NCBI GenBank assembly: GCA_002269645.1
Contig: NIVC01002677.1
Coordinates: forward strand, 1-64,000
Source of the DNA: Macrostomum lignano
Lineage: Eukaryota
Reading direction: 5' to 3'
DNA: 64,000 nt
Both the position numbers and the translations under genes were made by a program. Below, piece by piece: positions 49,325-60,551 of the stretch (position 1 is the stretch's first letter; each line of letters begins with the position of its first letter). The notes beneath the pieces were generated by a model, which did not search any database, was not told the DNA's origin, and worked only from the letters and a program-made list of their open reading frames with translations.

Positions 49325-50305
49325 ACTGAATGTACACGGGGAACAGAGTGGGCTGACTAATAGAATGTATACAAAGGACAGTGGGGGGCTGACTAATACA
49401 ATGTACAGAAGGGACAGCGGGGGCTGACTAATGGAATGTACACAAGTGACAGTGGGGGCTGACTAATACAATGTACAGAAGGGAGAGGGCTGACTAATGG
49501 AATGTACACAAGTGACAGTGTGGGACTGACTAATAAAATGTACAGAAGGGAGAGGGCTGACTAATACAATGTACAGAAGGGACAGTGGGGGCTGACTAAT
49601 ACAATGTACAGAAGGGAGAGGGCTGACTAATGGAATGTACAGAAGGGACAGTGGGGGCTGACTAATACAATGTACAGAAGGGACAGTGGGGGCTGACTAA
49701 TACAATGTACAGAAGGGACAGTGGGTGGGGGCTAACTGATACAATGTGACGTGTTGGGGGGTTGTCGCTGACTGGCTAGCTATTCATTTTGTACCCTGCT
49801 TTCCATGCCAAGCGTGCACCCCACTCATGCGTACATCAATGCGTACATAACGTACTTTCTACTCTAAATTTTATCGATAACTCAAATATCGTTTTATACC
49901 ACTTCGTATTTTAATAACTGAAACTAGCTTTTCTTCGTTGTGATTTTCTTACTCAGCAAATATATCAGTTCGCTGCATTATCGTTCAAACTAAAACAAGT
50001 CTTGTCCGCGTCGCATCGCAATGTACAGAAGGGACAATGGGGGGCTGACTAATGGAATGTAAACAAGGGAGAGAGGCTGACTAATATAATACGAGTACAC
50101 ATGGGGGACAGAGGGGGGTGACTAATAGAATGTACACGGGGGACAGAGGGGGGTGACTAATAGAATGTACACGGGGACAGAGGGGGGTGACTAATAGAAT
50201 GTACACGGAGACAGGGGGGGTGACTAATAGAATGTACACGGGGGACAGAGGGGACTGACTAATAGAATGTACACGGGGGACAGAGGGGACTGACTAATAG
50301 AATGC
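49325..50305. repeat. ~31-35 bp minisatellite (GGGGGCTGACTAATACAATGTACAGAAGGGACAGT) split by a 271-bp unique segment
   Basis: Units visible at 49325-49747 and 50019-50305. Confidence 0.88.
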
Positions 50306-50867
50306 ACACAAAGGCATAACCGATGGCCAAGGTTATGTCGACAATAAAACTTCAATTCAATAGTCAATAAAATGAAAAGGTAAGAACTTAGAACACCCCA
50401 GCCAGCCGCTAGAATTTCAGATATTTTTCTACCAAACGGCAGCACACAAAACTGTAAATATAGTGCCAAGAGCATTAAGAGAGAGCCAGAACGGGCACCG
50501 TCAAAGCCAAGACCGAGGGCCCACCAGGCTCCGGGGTAACTTGTCCATGGATCGATCATTGTAGTTTATTTGAATTTCATATAGTTTCACCGAAAGTCGC
50601 GCACAAAATGGATCGAGAGTGAATAGCTAGTTAATAGGCAATAAATTAATAAAACAGGCCGACGGGCGGATAAAAAACACACAGACAGACAAAACATAGC
50701 CTGCCTGCACAATCAGAAAGTACAATTGAATAAATATGAACTATAGCTTGATTTTACTGGCGGCTTATAAAAATTGTAAAAAAATCTTTAACAAAACCTA
50801 CAGGACACAACACACGCAACGATTGTGAGAGTCCTATTACATGATGGACACAACCCTGCACCCCCAC

Positions 50868-51120
50868 TACCACCTGATTGGCTGTTGCTCATCAACCTCA
50901 AACCCCACACTGCCACCTGATTGGCTGTTGCTCATCAACCTCAAACCCCACAACCCACACTGCCACCTGATTGGCTGTCGCTCAACAACCTGAAACCGCC
51001 ACACCTCAAACTGCCACCTGATTGGCTGTCGCTCAACAACCTCAAACCCCCACACCCCACACTGCCACCTGATTGGCTGTTGCTCATCAACCTCAAACCC
51101 CACACCCACACTGCCACCTA
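50868..51120. repeat. ~43-48 bp repeat (CTGCCACCTGATTGGCTGT(T/C)GCTCA(T/A)CAACCTCAAACC), ~5 copies
   Basis: Directly visible. Confidence 0.9.
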
Positions 51121-51961
51121 ATTAGTCAACCCCAAACCCTCATATAAAGCGATTGCGCAATAACTGCCCCTGGTTAAGCTACAAAAGAACAACAGTACAT
51201 AAAACTTACTTTGTACAACACAAAGTGGCGGATTCAATCAATATAAATAAAGCAGTTTGTGCGCAAATGTGCAGCATATAAAAAAGAGTAAACAAACCGC
51301 CTGTGAGCAAAACAGCCAGAAATTCAAGATTAAAACAACTCTTTTCTTTAAAAAAAACAACGCAAACACAACAATTTAGGTAAAAACAAACAGTATCGTT
51401 TAATGAATTTATCATGTGCGTTTGCAACGCACAAAAAGCTGGGAAAAAACTATGGTTAAACATACACGATAAAATAGCCGCACATGTCCGAACAATATAG
51501 ACATACATGCGTAGAAACTACTACTTAGTAGCATATATAAAGTCAGCCAGTGTTAAAAGTACATTGAATACTTTCTTACTACAATCAGCCGTTCATATAT
51601 GGACCAAAAGTCTGCTTTTAACTACTCACAGTAGGGCTAAGAGTTGTAGACATTTTCGTATCAAAAATTAATTAACTCGAATATTATTGTTAAAGCTAAA
51701 ACTTTTACTGCGAATGTTGTCAAGTGAGCGAAAAATTAACAAGGTAAGAATTAAGCGCAATAAGAAAAACAAGACGAGTTACCGATAAAAAATATCTGTA
51801 AAATAAAACAAACTGGGTTTTAACAGTTCAATTAATCGTCAACAAGAGCAATACAAAACTATTAGTGTAGAATTTGGAAATTAAAGCAAAAACTCAATCT
51901 CAAAGCCGGACACAGCATTTTAAATCCGAAGGGCCGATCCGAAGGACAGGACAGCGGAGGT

Positions 51962-53140
51962 AAGGAGGGTGGGGTGGCAGTCCTGAAGGTCAGGAGGGTG
52001 GAAAGCAACCCTGAAGGTCAGGACTGTGGGGCAGCAGTCCTGAAGGTCAGGAGGGTGGTGCAGCAGCCCTGAAGGTCAGGAGGGTGGTGCAGCAGCCCTG
52101 AAGGTCAGGAGGGTGGGGGCAGCAGCCCTGAAGGTCAGGAGGGTGGGGGCAGCAGCCCAGAAGGTCAGGAGTGTGGGACAGCAGCCCTGAAGGTCAGGAG
52201 GGTGGGGGCAGCAGCCCAGAAGGTCAGGAGTGTGGGACAGCAGCCCTGAAGGTCAGGAGGGTGGTGGCAGCAGCCCAGAAGGTCAGGAGGGTGGGGCAGC
52301 AGCCCTGAAGGTCAGGAGGGTGGGGGCAGCAGCCCAGGTCAGGAGGGTGGTGCAGCAGCCCTGAAGGTCAGGAGGGTGGGGCAGCAGCCCTGAAGGTCAG
52401 GAGTGTGGGGGCAGCAGCCCTGAAGGTCAGGAGGGTGGGGGCAGCAGCCCAGGTCAGGAGTGTGGGGCAGCAGCTTTGAAGGTCAGGAGTGTGGGGCAGC
52501 AGCTTTGAAGGTCAGGAGTGTGGGGGCAGCAGCCCTGAAGGTCAGGAGGGTGGTGCAGCAGCCCTGAAGGTCAAGAGTGTGGGGGCAGCAGCCCTGAAGG
52601 TCAGGAGGGTGGGGGCAGCAGCCCAGGTCAGGAGTGTGGGGCAGCAGCTTTGAAGGTCAGGAGTGTGGGGGCAGCAGCCCTGAAGGTCAGTAGGGTGGGG
52701 GTAGCAGTCGTGAAAGTCAGGAGAGTGGGGCAGCAGTCCTGAAGGTCAGGAGGGTGGGGGCAGCAGTCCTCAAGGTCAGTAGGGTGGGGGCAGCAGCCCA
52801 GGTCAGGAGTGTGGGGCAGCAGCTTTGAAGGTCAGGAGGGTGGGGCAGCAGCCCAGAAGGTCAGGAGTGTGGGGCAGCAGTCCTGAAGGTCAGGAGGGTG
52901 GGGGCAGCAGTCCTCAAGGTCAGTAGGGTGGGGGCAGCAGCCCAGGTCAGGAGTGTGGGGCAGCAGCTTTGAAGGTCAGGAGGGTGGGGCAGCAGCCCAG
53001 AAGGTCAGGAGTGTGGGGCAGCAGTCCTGAAGGTCAGTAGGGTGGGGGTAGCAGTCGTGAAGGTCAGTAGGGTGGGGGTAGCAGTCCTGAAGGTCAGTAG
53101 GGTGGGGGCAGCAGTCCTGAAAGTCAGGAGGGTGGGGCTT
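51962..53140. repeat. ~30-bp G-rich minisatellite (GAAGGTCAGGAGGGTGGGGGCAGCAGCCCT), ~40 copies
   Basis: Directly visible; one AGGTCA in almost every unit. Confidence 0.96.
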
Positions 53141-53787
53141 GAAAAACTCGGTAAATTTTAGTTTCCCTACTTGATAAAATGGCCGAATGCCCTGGCGTAG
53201 CAAAAATGGCCAGTTTCCTCAAGTGGCTACTAACGCAAGTAGTAATATTAGCGTTTAAAGTTCAGCAAATTTCTTTGATTATAGAACAAACAATTAGTGA
53301 ACACATCAGAAGAGCAATTCACGCAAGCGAATATCCAGACCCAGCCAGTTAAAATTCTGGATAAAAAGTACATTTCATCAAGAAAATCAATAACATATAC
53401 TTCAATAAATTACTCAGAAATTTCAAATGAAAAATTCCAACTCACAAATATTTAAGTTGGGGAATTCTTTTAATCACTGGAAGCGATGGATTTTTTAAAA
53501 TAAAAAACTAACCAGTTACTTACGTAGAAAGAAAATTTAATTTTTCAAAAGCGCAAGGAAAAAGACACGGGCTGATACAATAATTACAGTGGATGATTAT
53601 ACAATTAATAGTACCTCACTGGATACCATTTACAAGTTACAGAAATAGCAATACTGTAACCAACCAGAGGGGCAGAGAGGGGCTTGTGGGAGGAGCGACC
53701 GAATCATGTAAGGCCTGCAGTGAGCAGTGCAATCTCCATTACCGCGCAGTCTTTGTTATAAGCGGCCGGAATAGACAAAGCGCGCAA

Positions 53788-54012
53788 TCAAGAAGTTTTA
53801 CCGGTGACCTTCCTGGCAGCCAGGATGTAGTCCTTGAGCTTGGCTAGGGGGCAGGCCTTCTTCAGGAACTGGTGGCTCAGCAGCTCCGTTGGGGTGGGGC
53901 GCTTGGCAATGTCAACGGACAGGCACTTGTCTAGGAAGTCTTTCATTTCTGCCGACATGTTGTCCGGGTCTTTGTAGTCCGGCTTGCCCTTGGTTTGAAT
54001 CAGGTAGATCGC
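53788..54012 (-). CDS. PAK: PAK last coding exon
   Basis: [37 protein letters not shown]; acceptor TTCCAG at 54013; stop TGA at 53788-53790. Confidence 0.92.
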   Translation of the reverse strand, partial: AIYLIQTKGKPDYKDPDNMSAEMKDFLDKCLSVDIAKRPTPTELLSHQFLKKACPLAKLKDYILAARKVTGKTS

Positions 54013-54108
54013 CTGGAATCAGGAGTGCGAAAATGCGAGCTTTCTTGCCTTCTGCGAGACGGACAGATAGACAGACACTAAGACAGACAGACGACCCTAG
54101 GACAGACG

Positions 54109-54170
<62 letters not shown>

Positions 54171-54225
54171 AAGACAGACAGACAGACAGACATGCAGACA
54201 GACAGACAGACAGAGAGAGACAGAA

Positions 54226-54270
<45 letters not shown>

Positions 54271-54273
54271 CGC

Positions 54274-54334
<61 letters not shown>

Positions 54335-54337
54335 TGC

Positions 54338-54406
<69 letters not shown>

Positions 54407-54429
54407 CGCAGACAGACAGACAGACACGC

Positions 54430-54474
<45 letters not shown>

Positions 54475-54509
54475 TGCAGACAGACAGACAGACAGACAGA
54501 CAGACATGC

Positions 54510-54542
<33 letters not shown>

Positions 54543-54577
54543 CGCAGACAGACAGACAGACAGACAGACAGACATGC

Positions 54578-54636
<59 letters not shown>

Positions 54637-57600
54637 AGCCAAACCTTGATAGGCTGCTCATTCATGTAGGGCGGCTCGCCGTCAACCATCTCGATGACCA
54701 TGATACCGAGAGACCAGACGTCAATCTTGTTATTATAACTGACAGTCCTGTTGACAACTTCGGGTGCCATCCAGTAGGGCGTGCCAACCATGGTCTGCCT
54801 GGTGCTGCTGTGGTCGCCCAACTGGGCGCAGAAGCCGAAGTCGGTCAGTTTGACCTCGCCGTCCATCCCCAGTAGGACATTGTCGGACTTCACGTCGCGA
54901 TGGATAACGTAGTGCTCGTGCAGAAACTCCAGCGCCTCCAGGCACTCGCGGGTGACGGCTGGCGGGATTTTAGCGGGCGCAAAGCGAGTTCAGCGGTTAA
55001 AACTAGTTGGATAAGAATTTATCCCAAGCTCGTTGAAGCTCAAATCATTTTGATGGTATGAAAATTTCGAGTTTGTGAAGACTCAAGATTGTGAAGCTTT
55101 GAGATTATGAAGCTTTGAGCTTGTGAAGCTTTGAGCTTGTGAAGCTTTGAGTTTGTGAAGACTCGAGTTTGTGAAGACTCGAGCTTGTGAAGACTCGAGA
55201 TTGTGAAGCTTTGAGCTTTGATTTTCATTCTTCTCTAGTGCGAAGATCAACGGAGTTCAAAGGTCAAGGGAGGTCAAAGGTCAAGGGAGGTCAAAGGTCA
55301 AGGGAGGTCAAAGGTCAATAGGAGGTTAAAGCTCAAGAGGTCAAAGGACAAGGGAGGTCAAAGGTCAAGAGGAGGTTAAAGGTCAAGGGAGGTCAAAGGT
55401 CAGGAGAGTCCCAATCTCCTCGAGCTGGTTCCCTGACTGGTAGCCCAACCAGGAGAACGAATTTGCTTATTTAAGTTAGGCAGACGGGTAAAATGGCTTT
55501 TATGTCTCACCGGCAATAATCGGCTCCTGCATCATGGTCTCCGTGGCAACGTCAGTCAGACTGCCGCCGTCAAGATACTCCATGACTACTAGAAGTTCGG
55601 CGCTCTCGCTACGCTGATTAACGCAATAGGACTGGATGTAGTTGACAATATTCTTGTGCTGCAGCTTCTTCATGACGGCAATCTCGGTGAGTATCATGTC
55701 TCGTTTTGGCTGCTTAGCCAGCTGCATGAATTTTATTGCCACCAGTTTTCGCGTTTTGCGGTCTCTGGCCAGCTTCACTGTGCCCGATGCCCTGTTTAGT
55801 CGGCGCGGAGGGAGCGTCGTTGGATAATAATATTGTCATTGTTTCTAGCAAACCCATTTGCTACAGCGCCAAAATAAATATACTCGTACCTGAATGAATC
55901 ACCGTCTACTAAGCTGAATGAACTCTTATCTGGCCTGATTTCTGAATGAACCCCAATCCCAAGCCTGAATGAACCCCAATCCCAAGCCTGAATGAACCCA
56001 ATCCCAAGCCTGAATGAACCCCAATCCCAAGCCTGAATGAACCCCAATCCCAAGCCTGAATGAACCCCAATCCCAAGCCTGAATGAACCCCAATCCCAAG
56101 CCTGAATGAACCCCAATCCCAAGCCTGAATGAATGAACCCCAACCCCAAGCCTGAATGAACTCCAACCCCAAGCCTGAATGAACCCCAATCCCAAGGCTA
56201 AATGAATGAACCCCAACCCCAAGCCTGAAGGAATGAACCCCAATCCCAAGCCTGAAGGAATGAACCCCAATCCCAAGCCTGAATGAACCCCAATTCGAAT
56301 ACTTAGCAAGACACTCATACCGAAACGAAAAGCAACGAAAAGATAGACCTAATATATAAGTAAAGACAGCACAATAACTGATAGATGCCAGTGAAGCAGT
56401 GTGAAAAACAATTTCAACTAGGCGAAAAGCCGAAAGCATTCTGGAAATGAAAGCCGGTTATACCCTTGTACAAAATGACACACAAATACATTGATAGATA
56501 GAATTTATGCAGATACACAGCCGTAGGCAATGCAGACAATTTGATGGAAGGCAACTTAAGCCTGCCCAGTAAACACTAAAATCTGAAAAGATTGCTTATC
56601 ACTGCCAAAATGCACAGTACAGTGGCAGAGAAGAGGAGAGAGCGACCAAAATCAAGTACATTCAATTTTTGGCCAGGTAGTTTGACTATCAATCCGATTG
56701 CACAGCTGCAAGCCATCCGCTGAAACATGATGAACAGTGTTCTGTATAGCACCGAAACATTCACAAATATTTCAATCATCTTTCTGTGTAGCCTACTTAC
56801 TGACGTTTTCAACGTTTTAAGAAAATTTAAACCCTTTCGACATCTGCTGGGTAAAGGGCGCTGGGTGCCTAAGATTTAAAAGATTTGGTAGCTGGATTAG
56901 CGGATTTGGTAGCTGGATTAGCGGATTTGGTAGCTGGATTAGCGGATTTGGTAGCTGGATTAGCGGATTTGGTAGCTGGATTAGCGGATTTGGTAGCTGG
57001 ATTAGCGAATTTGGTAGCTGGATTAGCGAAGTTGGTAGCTGGATTAGCGGATTTGGTAGCTGGATTAGCGGAGTTGGTAGCTGGATTAGCTGATTTGTGG
57101 ATTGGCAGATTTGTGGATTGGCAGATTTGCGGATTGGCAGATTTGTGGATGGGCAGATTTAGTGACTGGATTAGCAGATTTGGTGACTGGATTAGCAGAT
57201 TTGGTGGCTGGATTAGCAGATTTGGTAGCTGGGTTGGCAGATTTGGTAGCTGGGTTGGAAGATTTGGTAAACACTTCAATAGGCCTTCCATTTCGCCAGA
57301 GCAAAAAGATGGATTAAATAAGGAATTATACAAGGCGCAATAGATCTAAAGCTAAGCTTTAGACTGGCTGCGCGCACCGTCAACACAGATAAGATGCATT
57401 AGCCAAGTCTGCCAACCTGCAGTCCTGCTAGCTGACAAATTTAGATTGAAAATCTATTCAAGTGATGGGCTTAGCCGAAGGAGAGGCGATATCTCGCATT
57501 GTACATACTAAAATCTACGAACTTGAAAATAGATAATTAAGTATTTTCAAGGCGCTGCCGTATTCACTTTCATATTGCATTGTACGCAGAGCAGAGATGG

Positions 57601-58732
57601 AAAGAGAAACAACAGATAGCGGCCATTGCTCACTGTACACTTCTATCTTCTATGTGTTATTCATTCCGTTTAGCAGAAGCAGGCACACCACACAGCCTAT
57701 TGTGCGTCACTTATGCATACACGAGCTTATGTTGCTAATTATAGAATGCACTTTGTGTTTTTTTATAAACGTCCTCGAACTCGAACTTGCGACCTCTTAG
57801 GGTGAGCACATTAACCTCACACGCTCACTCAGGGTGTACACTCTTTGTGGTTTGGGATTTCAGGGAATCGAACCAGGGTTGATAATTGAACAGATGCAGC
57901 TGACTCACCCGGACCCCAGCTTCTTATTCTCCAGCGAGTAGCTGTCTTCGTAGGCGCCGAATGTCAGCAGAGACTTCAATTCGCCGTAGAACTCCTCGTC
58001 GGTCATCTTCTTTTTTCGATTACGCCGGGTGGCCACCGGTCCGGCAGCTCCACCACCGGCCCCGGCAGCGTTGCCATGGTGATCAACGCCGGTCGCCGTC
58101 GCCGCAGGCGTGGCAGATTTTCCGGCGCCGTCGTGATTCGACGAAGGCGTTGTCGGCGTTTTATTGCCTGAGGTTGTTGACGAGGAATCGGAGGTTTTGG
58201 CGGCGGCGGCGGCCGAGATGGCAGCGGCGGCGGCGGCCGCGGTGGTGGTCTCGTCAACCTGGCGAGTGGCAGGCGTCGGTGTGTGCGTTGTGACAGGCGC
58301 CGGTGAATCGCCCTGCCCGGTCTGCTGTTGCTGCTGCTTCTTGTCTGCAGCTGGCGGCGGCGGCGACTGCGGCGGGCTGGGTCCCCGCCCTGTGTCGTTC
58401 AGCGCCTCCCTGGAGCCGTTGTAGTCGGTGGCCAAGCCGCTATCGTCGCTGCCAACGTTCATGTACTTGACGTCGCCTTTAGCCATTTTATTAACATTAT
58501 CGTTGAACAAGTTGAACGCGTTTACAATCTGCTGCGGATTCTCGCGTCTGGCGTCTGCATCGAACTCGTTCTCTAGCCAGCGCTGCCACATCTCCGGGAT
58601 GCCGCGGAACTCCCCAGTGCTGGGATCAATCTCTATGTGAATGTTCTTCTTAACGTCTGTGGGCAGGCCAATCTCCATCTGGGAGGCGTCCCTGGCGCTA
58701 TCCTTCTTTTTGCGGGGACCGAAAATCGGCAT
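53788..58732 (-). CDS. PAK: p21-activated kinase, group I (PAK1/3-like); complement(join(53788-54012,54645-54958,55511-55791,57909-58732)), ~547 aa
   Basis: CRIB/autoinhibitory region [34 protein letters not shown]. Kinase motifs [41 protein letters not shown]. Phase-compatible GT-AG sites (1644 nt). Confidence 0.95.
54057..54636. repeat. (GACA)n microsatellite in PAK intron 3
   Basis: Directly visible. Confidence 0.98.
54645..54958 (-). CDS. PAK: PAK coding exon 3 (catalytic and activation loops)
   Basis: [40 protein letters not shown]. Confidence 0.96.
55073..55218. repeat. 16-bp repeat (GAAGCTTTGAGCTTGT / GAAGACTCGAGCTTGT) in PAK intron 2
   Basis: Directly visible. Confidence 0.88.
55254..55402. 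repeat. 17-bp repeat (AGGTCAAGGGAGGTCAA) in PAK intron 2
   Basis: 13 perfect AGGTCA hexamers counted by eye. Confidence 0.93.
55511..55791 (-). CDS. PAK: PAK coding exon 2 (kinase N-lobe)
   Basis: [38 protein letters not shown]. Confidence 0.95.
55942..56292. repeat. 23-bp minisatellite (CTGAATGAACCCCAATCCCAAGC) in PAK intron 1
   Basis: About 14 units. Confidence 0.95.
56883..57268. repeat. 21-bp minisatellite (GGATTTGGTAGCTGGATTAGC) in PAK intron 1
   Basis: Directly visible. Confidence 0.94.
57909..58732 (-). CDS. PAK: PAK coding exon 1 (CRIB/PBD and low-complexity linker)
   Basis: ATG at 58732, just after acceptor TTCTCTTTGCATGCCAG (58740); donor GG|GTGAGT at 57908. Confidence 0.92.
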
Positions 58733-60366
58733 CGCGATGCTGGCATGCAAAGAGAATGCGCATCAATAGTTAGATTTTTAGCGATTTCCTTCTGATAGCT
58801 CTTTTGAACACATTAGATAGTGGGTTATTGCAGGTAATAATTTCAAAAATTAATTGATTAGAATATTTTAGCCGCATCTGTTATGACTTGGAGAAAACAG
58901 CTTTTGGAAAGCACTCACTTAGTATTGTAATGCAGGACATGCCAAATAAGTAGTCTAATAATTACACTTACAAAAATGGCTTAGTGCCAGATTGCATTGC
59001 CAACTCACAAAATTGGACGGGTCTATATAATAAATACCAAAAAGTACTAAAATACTTGTGTTATTGGATAGTTGCAATGACTTTCTGTTAATGTTATTAA
59101 AATGTGAATATTGTGCTAAATATTTTTGTGCAAATATATTTTCAGTTTTTATATTTTTATCAAGCTATACCTGATACTGAATAGATTATATCATTAATGA
59201 TTGGCTACTATTAGGTTGTAACATCTATTTGTTGCAACTTTCTTGATCATTATTTATTTCACCTTCACTTGTCTATGCTTATTCTGCTCTCTCTCTCTTT
59301 TCTAGTTCAATTTTGTTATTCTTATCCCTCTCTGTTGCTACCTTCTGATTGGCTCTCCATTCTTGCCTCTCCTTAGTTGCACACTCCACCTATTCTCGTC
59401 ATATCTAATTGCATTGAACCCCCAAAAATAATGCCTTAAATAGCCTAGCACTATCCTACCTATCAGTTAGTCTGGTCTATTTTAACATTACAATCAAATG
59501 AAATACTATAAGTAAAATAGTTCACTCATTTCTCTATACTCAAGATAATAGTTTATAATAGAATGAGCAATAGTATATATAGATTTGCTTACTTCTTATA
59601 GCTGGTTCTAAAATGTTTCTGGTGTTTATATATAAATTTCTTTCTATTAAATTTACCCTTAACTTTTGAATTTTTTCAATGAAAAACTTAATACTATAAA
59701 CCATATTATAGTGTTACTATGTATATATTATCATAACCTATTGGAATAAGTTTGAAAAAACTCATGGATGCAAAATATAGACTAAAAGTATGACAAAATA
59801 GAGAAGCATAAAATAATGCATTATAGCCTGTATATTTTTAGATTTTTCTATATTGCATTAAACCTAAAGCAAAGTTGAGACAGGGTATAAGTTGCACTGC
59901 CAATAGTGGCATTTGGAATATTTTTGCTATATAACTAAAGCCATAATATTACTATTGATATCTTTTTAACAAAAATACTATTGGACAAAATCTTATATAA
60001 AAAATGCCTTTAAAGCAAATTGATAGATAGATAAAGTCATTTAGTTAAACTTTTAGTAGGGAGTCAAGGACCAATAAGAGTTTTATAACTTGCTAATACA
60101 TATAAAAAAGGCAAATTTAATTTAAATAAAAAGCAGTTTTTTTGCAAATGCAATGTAATTATATAAAATAAAAAGCAAATATAAACTACACTGTTTTTTA
60201 CTTTTTGACTTGAAAAATTAGTAAGTTCTACTACAAAAAGTCAAGTTCTGCTAAAGGGAATAAAGTTAAAATGAATGTTTTCACTTTGAAAGGGGAGCTC
60301 TCAAGTCTCTGCATCAATTTGGGGACTTAGCAATAAAGATTTTCAATGCTATCCACATGTACACTA

Positions 60367-60551
60367 CAGAGGCATAGCCAGGAATTTCTTATGGGGGGAT
60401 ATACCAAGGTGAATTTTCTATGGGGGATATACCAAGGTCAAAGTGCTATGACAAAGTCAAATGGTAACATGTATAGCAACAAAAGGCAACAAAAAAGTTT
60501 TGGTCAGGCTCTTTGGGGAGGGGGATTATCCTTCCCCTCCCTACGCCTTTG
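60367..60551. mobile_element. Non-autonomous hAT-type MITE (185 bp)
   Basis: Ends CAGAGGCATAG / CTACGCCTTTG (2 mismatches). Flanking 8-mers GTACACTA and GTACATTA match at 7 of 8 positions. Confidence 0.7.

Noticed and set aside
53889-54893. QTDR / SVCL repeat ORFs fused to PAK sequence
   Set aside because: Read-through into the (GACA)n intron; the donor at 54644 and acceptor at 54013 remove it.
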